From the NCBI GenBank assembly GCA_964479045.1, contig CAYZJI010000002.1:51660-115659 (forward strand): a stretch of 64,000 bases of DNA, written 5' to 3'. A model generated the notes under the pieces. It did not search any database. It was not told the DNA's origin and saw only the letters and a program-made list of their open reading frames with translations. Of the stretch, positions 27,130-36,440 are shown piece after piece. The stretch comes from an uncultured Enterobacteriaceae bacterium. Lineage in GTDB: Bacteria; Pseudomonadota; Gammaproteobacteria; Eutrophobiales; Eutrophobiaceae. Numbering within the stretch: the stretch's first letter is position 1; every line of letters starts with the position of its first letter. The translations under genes were made by a program, and so were the position numbers.

Positions 27130-28649
27130 AAATCCGTGCCCAGATTGGAATGGTCCTGAATCTCGACAAATGTATCGGGTGTCATACCTGTTCCGTGACA
27201 TGTAAAAACGTATGGACGTCACGCGAAGGTATGGAGTACGCATGGTTCAATAATGTTGAAACCAAGCCGGGCATCGGTTATCCGAAGGAGTGGGAAAACC
27301 AGGACAAATGGAATGGCGGCTGGGTGCGCAAACAAAATGGAAAAATCGAGCCGAAGCAGGGCGGCAAGCTGGCTGTCCTCATGAAGATCTTTGCCAACCC
27401 GAATCTGCCACAGATTGATGATTATTACGAACCTTTCACATTTGACTATCAGCACCTGCATACGGCGCCAGAAATGAAAGCGGCACCGGTGGCCCGGCCA
27501 CGTTCGCTGATTTCCGGAGAACGCATGGAAAAAATCGAATGGGGCCCGAACTGGGAAGAAATTCTCGGCGGTGAATTTTCCAAACGCTCAAAAGATGCAA
27601 ATTTCGAGGATGTGCAGAAGGACATCTACGGACAGTTTGAAAATACCTTCATGATGTATCTGCCACGTTTATGTGAGCATTGTCTGAATCCCACCTGTGT
27701 GGCTTCCTGTCCGTCCGGGTCAATCTATAAACGCGAAGAAGACGGTATTGTGTTGATCGATCAGGACAAGTGCCGCGGCTGGCGCATGTGTGTGTCCGGC
27801 TGTCCCTACAAGAAAATCTATTACAACTGGTCGACCGGCAAGGCGGAAAAATGCATATTCTGTTATCCGCGCATTGAAGCCGGGCAACCCACAGTGTGTT
27901 CTGAAACCTGTGTGGGACGCATCCGCTATCTTGGCGTATTGCTTTATGACGCCGATCGCATCGAACAGGCTGCAAGTGTTGCCAATGACAAGGATTTGTA
28001 CAAGGCGCAACTGGGTGTGTTTCTCAATCCGGACAATCCGGTGGTGATTGAACAGGCGCGCAAGGACGGAGTGCCGGAATCATGGCTGACGGCAGCAAAA
28101 GCATCCCCGGTTTACAAAATGGTGATGGAGTGGAAAGTGGCACTGCCACTGCATCCGGAATACCGCACCTTGCCGATGGTCTGGTATGTGCCGCCCTTGT
28201 CACCTATCACAGCGGCCTCGAACTCCGGTCAGGTCAGTGCCTTCGGTCAATTACCGGACGTGCGCAGTCTGCGTATACCGCTCAAGTATCTCGCCAATCT
28301 GTTGACCGCCGGTGATGAAGAACCGGTGGCTGCAGCACTGGAGCGCATGCTGGCCATGCGCGCCTATATGCGTGATCGGCATGTTGAAAAGAAAGAAAAC
28401 AGCGCAGTGCTCGAACAGGTTGGCATGAGTGTGCAGGAAATCGAAGAAATGTATCGTTATATGGCGATTGCCAATTATGAGGATCGTTTTGTTATCCCGA
28501 CAGCCCACCGTGAATATGCTGAGAATGCCTTTGATCTGCGCGGCGGCTGCGGGTTCTCGTTTGGTAATGGCTGTTCCGATGGCATCTCCAGCCCCGGACT
28601 GTTCGGCGGCAAAAAGAAAAAAGTAATTCCCATCAAGGCGGCAAGCTGA
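27126..28649 (+). CDS. narH: Respiratory nitrate reductase beta subunit (Fe-S)
   Basis: MKIRAQIGMVLNLDKCIGCHTCSVTCKNVWTSREG is near-identical to the E. coli NarH N-terminus. ATGA overlap with narG. Confidence 0.95.
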   Translation: MKIRAQIGMVLNLDKCIGCHTCSVTCKNVWTSREGMEYAWFNNVETKPGIGYPKEWENQDKWNGGWVRKQNGKIEPKQGGKLAVLMKIFANPNLPQIDDYYEPFTFDYQHLHTAPEMKAAPVARPRSLISGERMEKIEWGPNWEEILGGEFSKRSKDANFEDVQKDIYGQFENTFMMYLPRLCEHCLNPTCVASCPSGSIYKREEDGIVLIDQDKCRGWRMCVSGCPYKKIYYNWSTGKAEKCIFCYPRIEAGQPTVCSETCVGRIRYLGVLLYDADRIEQAASVANDKDLYKAQLGVFLNPDNPVVIEQARKDGVPESWLTAAKASPVYKMVMEWKVALPLHPEYRTLPMVWYVPPLSPITAASNSGQVSAFGQLPDVRSLRIPLKYLANLLTAGDEEPVAAALERMLAMRAYMRDRHVEKKENSAVLEQVGMSVQEIEEMYRYMAIANYEDRFVIPTAHREYAENAFDLRGGCGFSFGNGCSDGISSPGLFGGKKKKVIPIKAAS

Positions 28650-28654
28650 GGAAG

Positions 28655-29335
28655 ATGCAAATGAAAATATTAAAAGGACTGGGTGCGCTTCTCACCTATC
28701 CAGAAGAGGATTTGATTACCGCATTGCCGGACCTTGCAGAATTGATTGCCAGTGAAAAATTATTGTCACAGACCGATAAACAGGCATTGAACGGCTTGCT
28801 CTCACAACTGCAACATACGGACCTGCTGGAACTGCAGGAGCACTATGTAGAGTTGTTTGATCGTGGCCGCGCAACTTCATTGAACCTGTTCGAACACGTG
28901 CATGGCGAATCCCGTGATCGCGGTCAGGCCATGGTGGATTTGAACCGCATTTATGCCCAGGCCGGCCTTACACTGTCCAGTAATGAATTACCGGATTATC
29001 TGCCGGCTGTCCTCGAATACCTGTCCCTGCGCCCACGGGCCGAAGTCCTGGACATGCTGGGTGATTGTGCCCATATACTGCGCGCCCTCGGAGAACGTCT
29101 GCGTGATCGGGATAGCCGCTATAGCGCTATATTCTCTGCGTTATTGACAGTTACCGGTGAGGAAGGCCTGGGTGCAAAGGATACAACTGCAACAGATCAT
29201 GAAAAAAGTCTGGATGAGGAATGGGCCGATGAACCGGTGATCTTCGGACCGGGTGCTGCACAGGGCTGCGGCAAACAGGCGCAGACATCCGTGATTAAAT
29301 TCATGCCCGGAAATATTTCGCGAGGTGAGTCATGA
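28655..29335 (+). CDS. narJ: Nitrate reductase molybdenum-cofactor assembly chaperone (delta subunit)
   Basis: 226 aa between narH and narI. NarJ-like sequence. Confidence 0.85.
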   Translation: MQMKILKGLGALLTYPEEDLITALPDLAELIASEKLLSQTDKQALNGLLSQLQHTDLLELQEHYVELFDRGRATSLNLFEHVHGESRDRGQAMVDLNRIYAQAGLTLSSNELPDYLPAVLEYLSLRPRAEVLDMLGDCAHILRALGERLRDRDSRYSAIFSALLTVTGEEGLGAKDTTATDHEKSLDEEWADEPVIFGPGAAQGCGKQAQTSVIKFMPGNISRGES

Positions 29336-30027
29336 ATATAGAAAACTATATCAATGTATTTCTGTTCGGACTCTATCCCTATGTTTGTCTGGCCGTGTTC
29401 CTGTTTGGCAGTCTCTTTCGCTTTGACCGTGAACAATACAGTTGGAAGAGTGATTCTTCACAATTATTGCGTCATGGCCAGTTGCGACTCGGTTCCAATC
29501 TGTTTCATCTGGGTATTTTGCTTATTTTCTTTGGTCATCTGGTGGGCTTGCTCACACCGATGGCAGTCTGGCATACCCTGGGTGTAACGCCAGAGGCCAA
29601 ACAGATTCTGGCGATAGTGGCTGGTGGTATTGCCGGGGTGGCCTGTCTGATTGGATTATTGCTGCTGATACATCGTCGTCTGGCCGATGCACGCATCCGC
29701 GCCACTTCCAAAGGAATGGACATTTTAATTTTGTTCCTGTTGCTGGCCCAGTTATTACTGGGATTATTCAGCATTACCCTGTCTCTGCAACATCTGGATG
29801 GCGGTGAAATGATGAAATTCATGATGTGGGCACAACATATCGTGACATTTCGTGGTGATGCCGCGAGCTTTGTGGCAGATGTACACATCATTTTCAAGCT
29901 GCATCTGCTGCTGGGCATGACGATTTTCCTGATATTCCCGTTTACCCGTCTGGTCCATGTGTGGAGCGGCTTTGCGACACTCGTTTATCTGTTCCGGCCC
30001 TATCAGGTCGTTCGCAGCAAGCATTAA
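29332..30027 (+). CDS. narI: Respiratory nitrate reductase gamma subunit (di-heme cytochrome b)
   Basis: MNIENYINVFLFGLYPYVCLAVFLFGSLFRFDREQYSWKSDSSQLL matches the NarI N-terminus. ATGA overlap with narJ. Confidence 0.9.
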   Translation: MNIENYINVFLFGLYPYVCLAVFLFGSLFRFDREQYSWKSDSSQLLRHGQLRLGSNLFHLGILLIFFGHLVGLLTPMAVWHTLGVTPEAKQILAIVAGGIAGVACLIGLLLLIHRRLADARIRATSKGMDILILFLLLAQLLLGLFSITLSLQHLDGGEMMKFMMWAQHIVTFRGDAASFVADVHIIFKLHLLLGMTIFLIFPFTRLVHVWSGFATLVYLFRPYQVVRSKH

Positions 30028-30038
30028 TTCAGGTTTAA

Positions 30039-30797
30039 ATGATGAAAGCCATCTATGTTAACGGAACAGCCATATCAGCGACCGCGCTGGATCAGGCGGC
30101 ATTGCAATTGGGGACAGAGGCAACACCCGAAGCAGTTGCGCGTGCCGCAGTTGCGCGTGAACTTTTGCACCAGCGTGCTCGTGAAAAAGGTTTGCTGAAC
30201 TTCGGAGGGGATGAAGGTGCCGCAATCGAACGGTTGCTGGATCTGGAAGTCAAAATCCCGGGACGGCCAACCGAAGCCGAGTGTCTGCGCTTTTATGAGG
30301 CCCATCCGGAATCATTCCAGAGCGGGGAACTGGTCTATGCCCGGCATATTTTGTTTGCAGTAACGCCGGGTGCGCCGCTGGAAGCGATCCGCCACAAGGC
30401 AGAACTGACGTTGCATGAATTGCTGCATCATCCGGATCGTTTTGCACAATTTGCCCATGAATATTCCAACTGCCCGTCCGGCGCGCAGCAGGGTAACCTG
30501 GGACAGCTTGCCCGTGGCGAGACAGTCCCCGAATTTGAATCAGCACTGTTTGATGAAAAGCACAACGGGATATTGCCGCGACTGGTCAGGACCCGTTACG
30601 GTTTTCATATTGTCGCGATCGAGCAGCGTATTGCGGGCAGTCAGATACCGTTTTCAGCTGTGCGCGATAAAATAGAAACGTATCTTATGGGCCGGGTGCA
30701 GGAGAAGGCATTATCACAATATGTAAAAGTGCTGGCAGGTCAGGCCGATATTCGCGGTGTGGAAATTGAAGGTGCGGCAACACCACTGGTCCAGTAG
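30039..30797 (+). CDS. PpiC-type (parvulin) peptidyl-prolyl cis-trans isomerase, nar-operon associated
   Basis: Parvulin domain (YARHILF...TRYGFHIV). Same position as the PpiC-type gene that follows narI in Pseudomonas. Confidence 0.7.
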   Translation: MMKAIYVNGTAISATALDQAALQLGTEATPEAVARAAVARELLHQRAREKGLLNFGGDEGAAIERLLDLEVKIPGRPTEAECLRFYEAHPESFQSGELVYARHILFAVTPGAPLEAIRHKAELTLHELLHHPDRFAQFAHEYSNCPSGAQQGNLGQLARGETVPEFESALFDEKHNGILPRLVRTRYGFHIVAIEQRIAGSQIPFSAVRDKIETYLMGRVQEKALSQYVKVLAGQADIRGVEIEGAATPLVQ

Positions 30798-30805
30798 TTC
30801 TTTTT

Positions 30806-31993
30806 TTAACCGGGTTTACCGTCTGCGCGTGGTGCGATCAATATCGGTGTGTAAACCACCAGAAACAACACAAACGCCGCTATCCAGAGTGTGCCGGAAA
30901 CCGCAATGCTGTTCAGATAGTCTTCAGCGAAGACGGGACTGACCACGCGCACAATAGCGGAAAGTGTAATCAGGAGATAGGCCGCCACGGTCAGCGGAGC
31001 TGCAATCAAGGGACGCCCGGTATGACCTAATGCCGCGCGTGTCATCACCGCCAGTATCATTCCGGCAAATGCCCCGGTGGTAAATGCATGCAGCCAGGCT
31101 GATGCGTACAATGAGCCAGTCAACAGAAACAGTCCTTTAAGAAAGAACCCGATGATCACCCATGCATAGGCCAGATGCAGGATCCAGACAATGGCTTCAC
31201 CAAGGCCGCGCCATGTTTTCCAGCGAGAGAGCCGTACGGCATGAATCACCGCCGCGATGATGGCCAGCCACCCTGCTGTTATTGAATGGGGCCATATCAG
31301 ATCAACAATCAGTACCAGCACCATGCTGAGTATCGCAGCACGATCCAGCGCCGGGAACGGCATGATGGCGAAGGTATCATCTGTGCGCCGTACGGCACTC
31401 AGCGTAAAAGCAGGGACTATACGTCCACCAATAATAGTGATGATCAACAGGACGATATTGATTCCGAACATCAATCCATAACCTGCAAAACCTGGATTGT
31501 TACGCAGAATTGCAATGTGAAAGATCAGGTTCGCTACAAACAGCACGACCAGGAATAACAGGAACACCAGATTGCGCGATTTGCCACGCAACAAGGAAGG
31601 GGCAAGCATAAAACCCAATACAGGGAAAAATGCGAGATCAATCATGGTTATGATGACGGGATGAACATACGGGTAAAAAATAAATACCAGCCGACCCGCC
31701 AGCCATACTGACACGAGAATGATTAATGGTAATCCTGAAAAGCCCCGCTCGCCTGTCCAGCTGGGCACTGCCGTCAGCAGAAATCCTGCAATCGCTGCAG
31801 CCACAAATCCGAACAGCATTTCATGGCCATGCCACAGGTAGGCTGGCAAGGTAATGCTGAACCACGCACCCCCCAACAATGTATACAACCAGATCAACAG
31901 GGTGATGATCGCGTATACACCCGCAAGCAGAAAAAACGGCCGGAAGCCGTAATTAAACAATGCAAAACCGGATGATGAATTATTCATTTGCAT
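30806..31993 (-). CDS. nnrS: NnrS-family heme-copper membrane protein (NO-stress related)
   Basis: 395 aa, polytopic, with the NnrS-type N-terminus (FRPFFLLAGVYAI...WHGHEMLFGFVAAAIAGFLLTA). Confidence 0.75.
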   Translation of the reverse strand: MQMNNSSSGFALFNYGFRPFFLLAGVYAIITLLIWLYTLLGGAWFSITLPAYLWHGHEMLFGFVAAAIAGFLLTAVPSWTGERGFSGLPLIILVSVWLAGRLVFIFYPYVHPVIITMIDLAFFPVLGFMLAPSLLRGKSRNLVFLLFLVVLFVANLIFHIAILRNNPGFAGYGLMFGINIVLLIITIIGGRIVPAFTLSAVRRTDDTFAIMPFPALDRAAILSMVLVLIVDLIWPHSITAGWLAIIAAVIHAVRLSRWKTWRGLGEAIVWILHLAYAWVIIGFFLKGLFLLTGSLYASAWLHAFTTGAFAGMILAVMTRAALGHTGRPLIAAPLTVAAYLLITLSAIVRVVSPVFAEDYLNSIAVSGTLWIAAFVLFLVVYTPILIAPRADGKPG

Positions 31994-32199
31994 CAGGGTT
32001 TTTTCGCTCGATCAAGTACACAGAAACTTACCACCAATAGTTTATTTGATACACTGTTTGTCAGCACAGACTGATTGCTGCAACGCAGTAAGCCTGATTA
32101 TTTTTTATCCTGCTTATATATACAAACTATCGCTATCTTTATCTTATTGTCCAGAGACTGAAGGAATCTCCTGATTGGCAAGCTAGAGAGCTGGTATTC

Positions 32200-33888
32200 A
32201 TGATTAAACGACTGTCCATTTCCTACAAAATTGTTGCCCTGAATATCGTTGTGTTTCTCGCGTTATGCGGAGCAATCGTTTTGATCGGGACACAGGCCCT
32301 GAACAGCGAAGACATGCGCAAGCAGGCCACTGAACGGCAGGAACTGAATATTCGTATTGCCTGGGAATTGCTGAACAGTTATGGAAAGGATTTTTATATC
32401 AAGGATGAAAAGCTTTATGCCGGCGATCACCCGCTGAACGGTGACTATAAACTGGTCGATCGTGTCAAACAACTGGTGGGTGGGACTGCAACGATCTTTA
32501 TGCATGATACACGCGTTACCACCAACGTAATGAAAGAAGATGGTACACGTGCCGTAGGCACACAACTCGCTGCAGGGCCGGTGTATGATGCAATATTCGG
32601 GCGCGGAGAATCCTATCGCGGTGAAGCAGAAATCCTCGGAGTCCCTTATTTCACGGCGTATGATCCCATCAAAAACAGTGATGGAGAAGTAATCGGCATA
32701 CTTTATGTCGGTATAAATAAAAATGAATTTTTTTCTGCCATCAAGAACATTCTTTCCGATATCACCATCACAGTTGTTCTTTTCGGCCTGATCATCTGTT
32801 TGCTTTCCATTTATATGGTAAGAAAGATTGTGATGCGTCCGCTCGGGCAAGGGGTTGCAATCGCAAAAGAAATCGCAAAAGGGAATCTGTATACAGAAAT
32901 ATCTATGGACAGAACGGACGAGATTGGCGAATTGCTGGAAGCCCTTGATCTGATGCAGGCAAAACTGATTGAAGTGATTCAGGGGATTCGTGGTGGCGCC
33001 AAGGAAGTTATTTTGTCTGCGGATCAGGTTGGCATGGGGAATGCTGAACTCAGTCAACGCACACAGGAGCAGGCTTCCAGTCTTGAGGAAGTGGCTTCCA
33101 GTATGGAGGAAATGACCAGCACCGTGAACCAGAATGCAGACAATGCAAATCAGGCCAATGAACTGGCACAAAAAGCCCGCGATCAGGCAGAAGGCAGCGG
33201 ACAGGCCGCCGGTAATGCGATTAAAGCTATGAATGCGATCAGTGAATCAAGTCACAGGATTGCGAATATCATCAGCGTAATAAATGAGATCGCGTTTCAG
33301 ACCAATCTGCTGGCCTTGAATGCAGCCGTCGAAGCCGCCCGTGCCGGGGAGCATGGCCGGGGGTTTGCTGTAGTCGCCAGTGAAGTGAGAAACCTTGCGG
33401 GCCGATGCGCAGCGGCCGCCAAGGAAATTAAAGGTCTGATTCAGGACAGTGTTACAAAAGTGGATGATGGAACAAAACTGGTAAACAAATCAGGCGAAAC
33501 ACTTGAAGATATTGTGCTGGAGGTCCGCAAGGTCAGTGATATTGTCGCGGAAATTGCATCCGCCAGCCGGGAACAGTCCACCGGGATTTCGCAGGTGAAC
33601 AAGGCACTGTTACAACTGGACGAGATGACTCAACAAAATGCATCCCTCGTTGAAGAGGCAGCGGCAGCGAGTGAATCGATGGCTTCGCAGGCTGTTGCCC
33701 TGAACAGCCTGGTGGATTATTTCAAACTGGATGAACATGAAACACACGAATCAGCTGCCCCGGAAGAAACACAGTCTGCAGATAATGTATCCACGCCATC
33801 ACCACGATTACCACCGGTACAAGCACAGATGATATCGAGGGCAGACAGGCAGACAATGAATGGTGATGAAGACTGGAAAGAGTTTTAA
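32200..33888 (+). CDS. Methyl-accepting chemotaxis protein with periplasmic Cache-type sensor domain
   Basis: TM1, a periplasmic domain of about 150 aa ([34 protein letters not shown] is a Cache-like signature), TM2, HAMP, and the MCP signalling core [38 protein letters not shown]. Confidence 0.8.
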   Translation: MIKRLSISYKIVALNIVVFLALCGAIVLIGTQALNSEDMRKQATERQELNIRIAWELLNSYGKDFYIKDEKLYAGDHPLNGDYKLVDRVKQLVGGTATIFMHDTRVTTNVMKEDGTRAVGTQLAAGPVYDAIFGRGESYRGEAEILGVPYFTAYDPIKNSDGEVIGILYVGINKNEFFSAIKNILSDITITVVLFGLIICLLSIYMVRKIVMRPLGQGVAIAKEIAKGNLYTEISMDRTDEIGELLEALDLMQAKLIEVIQGIRGGAKEVILSADQVGMGNAELSQRTQEQASSLEEVASSMEEMTSTVNQNADNANQANELAQKARDQAEGSGQAAGNAIKAMNAISESSHRIANIISVINEIAFQTNLLALNAAVEAARAGEHGRGFAVVASEVRNLAGRCAAAAKEIKGLIQDSVTKVDDGTKLVNKSGETLEDIVLEVRKVSDIVAEIASASREQSTGISQVNKALLQLDEMTQQNASLVEEAAAASESMASQAVALNSLVDYFKLDEHETHESAAPEETQSADNVSTPSPRLPPVQAQMISRADRQTMNGDEDWKEF

Positions 33889-33942
33889 ATACTGATTTGT
33901 GAACGGAAGTTCTCATCATACCAATCCCCTCATTCATTCAAT

Positions 33943-33969
33943 AAAAACGGGATGTAAAATCCCGTTTTT
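33943..33969. terminator. Bidirectional intrinsic terminator hairpin (AAAAACGGGATgtaaaATCCCGTTTTT)
   Basis: 8-bp perfect stem flanked by an A-run and a T-run. Sits between the convergent MCP gene and tRNA-Gln. Confidence 0.6.
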
Positions 33970-33975
33970 ATTGAA

Positions 33976-34049
33976 TGGCTGGGGGACTAGGATTTGAACC
34001 TAGACTGGCGGAGTCAGAGTCCGCTGTCCTACCGTTAGACGATCCCCCA
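33976..34049 (-). tRNA. tRNA-Gln (anticodon CUG), encoded CCA
   Basis: Minus-strand read: TGGGGGATCGTCTAACGGTAGGACAGCGGACTCTGACTCCGCCAGTCTAGGTTCAAATCCTAGTCCCCCAGCCA. 7-bp acceptor stem, D and T arms, anticodon loop CU-CUG-AC. Close to E. coli tRNA-Gln. Confidence 0.85.
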
Positions 34050-34075
34050 GTAGGGGAATGCTGATACTGCTGATC

Positions 34076-34468
34076 TTAACGCTTGGAGTATTGCGGGCGC
34101 TTGCGGGACTTGTGCAGACCGACTTTCTTGCGTTCCACTTCGCGCGCATCACGGGTGACGAAACCGGCCTGACGCAGCGGCTTGCGCAGGTTTTCATCAT
34201 ATTCAATCAGGGCGCGGGTAATGCCATGGCGGATGGCGCCGGCCTGACCGGTAATACCGCCACCGGTGACGGTGACATTGATATCGAACTTGTCGAGCAT
34301 TTCGATCTTTTCCAGCGGCTGGCGAACCACCATGCGACCGGTTTCACGGCCGAAGTAGGTATCCAGTGTACGGTTATTGATGACGATGGAACCGCTGCCA
34401 CGTTTCAGGAACACACGCGCCGTTGAACTCTTGCGGCGGCCGGTGCTGTAATAAATTTGTTCTGCCAT
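34076..34468 (-). CDS. rpsI: 30S ribosomal protein S9
   Basis: [22 protein letters not shown]...[11 protein letters not shown]. Start moved to the internal ATG at 34468 (130 aa). Confidence 0.95.
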   Translation of the reverse strand: MAEQIYYSTGRRKSSTARVFLKRGSGSIVINNRTLDTYFGRETGRMVVRQPLEKIEMLDKFDINVTVTGGGITGQAGAIRHGITRALIEYDENLRKPLRQAGFVTRDAREVERKKVGLHKSRKRPQYSKR

Positions 34469-34469
34469 A

Positions 34470-34898
34470 TCAGATTTCCAGGGTCTTCGGTTGCTGTGCC
34501 GTGTGGTTATGTTCTGCACCGGCATACACTCTTAGTTTTCTGTACATTTCACGCCCCAACGGGCCCTTCGGGAGCATGCCTTTCACTGCCGTTTCGATGG
34601 CCTGTTCCGGATGCTTCTCGATGAGCTTCTCGAAGCTGATGGACTTGATACCGCCGGGATAGCCGGAATGTTTGTGATACATTTTATTCTTGGCCTTGTT
34701 GCCAGTGACGTGAACCTGGCTGGCATTGATGACAACGATGTAGTCGCCGGTGTCCATGTGCGGAGTGTATTCGGGTTTATGTTTGCCGCGCAGCCGCTTG
34801 GCAATTTCGGCGGCCAGACGTCCCAGAGTTTTGCCCGCGGCATCAACGACATACCAGTCATGCCGGATGGTGGACGGGGTTGCGGTAAAGGTCTTCAT
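34470..34898 (-). CDS. rplM: 50S ribosomal protein L13
   Basis: [47 protein letters not shown] is a canonical L13 sequence. Upstream of rpsI. Confidence 0.95.
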   Translation of the reverse strand: MKTFTATPSTIRHDWYVVDAAGKTLGRLAAEIAKRLRGKHKPEYTPHMDTGDYIVVINASQVHVTGNKAKNKMYHKHSGYPGGIKSISFEKLIEKHPEQAIETAVKGMLPKGPLGREMYRKLRVYAGAEHNHTAQQPKTLEI

Positions 34899-35080
34899 AG
34901 CTCAATATTGATTAGTGTTCGTTTCGACGGCAAAAAAGAGGTGGAAGGATACGGACAGACCCCCCGGCTGTCAATACAAACAGGGCTTTAACTCAGGGTT
35001 TCCGGGCGATAGATTCGGCGGGATTTTCACATAGATTTTAACTCCAGAAAACGCAAAGCATAGCGCGGGTACATAAACAG

Positions 35081-35725
35081 ATGTCTGCACGCAGTTACAG
35101 CCGCTTCGATCAGGTTATTATTCAGGTTGATCAACTACTTAGGAACGTCCTGGGTAATACATCCATCACGTCCCGGCCGTCTCCGGCCAAAGGGCTTGCT
35201 GAGCCTGTCCTGAGTCAAACCGAACGGCAGCATGCCGCCGGTCTGATGCGGGTGAATCATGCCGGAGAGGTATCAGCCCAGGCTTTGTATCAGGGCCAGG
35301 CGCTGTTTGGCCGTGATCCGGCAGTCAAGGCCACCATGCGTCGCTCCGCCGAAGAGGAAATTGATCATCTGGACTGGTGCAATCAGCGGCTGAACGAACT
35401 GGGCAGTCATACCAGTGTTCTGAATCCGCTCTGGTATCTGGGGTCATTTTCCCTGGGATCTGTGGCCGGACTCGCCGGGGATAAATGGAGCCTGGGTTTT
35501 GTCGCGGAGACGGAACGACAGGTGGTGGAACATCTGCAGGGTCATTTAGGCATATTGCCGGCGGCGGACGGCAAAAGCCGGGCGATTATTGAGCAGATGA
35601 TCAAGGATGAAGCCGCACATGGAGCCAGTGCGATGGCTTGCGGCGGTGTTGAATTACCTGCTTTGATTAAAACCGCCATGCGTTTCTGTTCCCGGATCAT
35701 GACCCGAACCGCCTACCACATCTAG
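35081..35725 (+). CDS. coq7: Demethoxyubiquinone hydroxylase (di-iron)
   Basis: 214 aa. Conserved Coq7 ExxH motifs (SAEEEIDHL, IKDEAAHG) and RVNHAGEVSAQALY. Confidence 0.8.
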   Translation: MSARSYSRFDQVIIQVDQLLRNVLGNTSITSRPSPAKGLAEPVLSQTERQHAAGLMRVNHAGEVSAQALYQGQALFGRDPAVKATMRRSAEEEIDHLDWCNQRLNELGSHTSVLNPLWYLGSFSLGSVAGLAGDKWSLGFVAETERQVVEHLQGHLGILPAADGKSRAIIEQMIKDEAAHGASAMACGGVELPALIKTAMRFCSRIMTRTAYHI

Positions 35726-35757
35726 GCCGGTTCATGTGTCTGTTTCCTGCGGTGGCA

Positions 35758-35786
35758 CCCTTGAAATTTTTTACCAGTCCCCCATC
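35758..35786 (+). promoter_or_regulatory. Sigma-32 (RpoH) heat-shock promoter: CCCTTGAAA-N12/13-CCCCATCT
   Basis: Matches the sigma-32 consensus CTTGAAA-N13-15-CCCCATNT. Located about 40 bp upstream of the hsp20 start. Confidence 0.6.
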
Positions 35787-35824
35787 TAGGTAGCCATAAA
35801 ATCAACCTGAATTGGAGGTGTGTT

Positions 35825-36280
35825 ATGGCACTGGTACGTTATGAACCGTGGAATCTGCTGGATAAATTCCAGGAAGAACTGGGCCGTCTGGGCCTGCTGG
35901 ATCAGTATCGCCGGGATGCAGTCGAAGGTGACAATTCCAATGTGGTCACCAGTCACTGGCGTCCAGCTGTCGATATCCGCGAAGAAGCGGATCGCTTTGT
36001 GATTGAAGCGGATCTGCCGGGCATCGATCCCAAGGACATTGAAATTACGATGGAGCAGGGTGTGCTGACCATCAAGGGTGAACGCAAGAGTGAAAAGGAA
36101 GAAGTGCACGAAGGCTACAAGCGCATTGAGCGCGTGCGCGGCACGTTCTATCGCCGCTTCAGCCTGCCGGACAGCGCCGATGCAGAGCATATCGAGGCCA
36201 AAGGCAGAAACGGCGTACTGGAAATCGTGCTGCCCAAACAGCAAAAAGTACAGCCACGCAAAATTGCAGTGAAAAGCTGA
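35825..36280 (+). CDS. Small heat-shock protein, Hsp20/alpha-crystallin family (IbpA-like)
   Basis: 151 aa with an alpha-crystallin domain (WRPAVDIREEADRFVIEADLPGIDPKDIEITMEQGVLTIKGERK). GGAGG Shine-Dalgarno. Confidence 0.85.
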   Translation: MALVRYEPWNLLDKFQEELGRLGLLDQYRRDAVEGDNSNVVTSHWRPAVDIREEADRFVIEADLPGIDPKDIEITMEQGVLTIKGERKSEKEEVHEGYKRIERVRGTFYRRFSLPDSADAEHIEAKGRNGVLEIVLPKQQKVQPRKIAVKS

Positions 36281-36298
36281 TATCCATGCAACCTGAAA

Positions 36299-36322
36299 GG
36301 CGGGACACGTCCCGCCTTTTTT
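36299..36322 (+). terminator. Intrinsic terminator after hsp20 (GGCGGGACacGTCCCGCC + TTTTTT)
   Basis: Perfect GC-rich inverted repeat followed by a T-run, 19 bp after the stop. Confidence 0.7.
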
Positions 36323-36440
36323 GTTTTATGCATGAACTTTTTAATTATGGACACCCCTAAACATCTGCAATATCTCATACAGAATCAACTATCTTTAAGA
36401 CTGTTGGAAGATTTTAAAAAATAATCAGAGAGGATTTTGC

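Noticed and set aside
36325-36375. Possible sigma-E promoter (GAACTT...TCTGC) upstream of the degP/mucD-like gene
   Set aside because: The spacing between GAACTT and TCTGC is about 24 nt, against the 16-17 nt required. The motif match is therefore not convincing.
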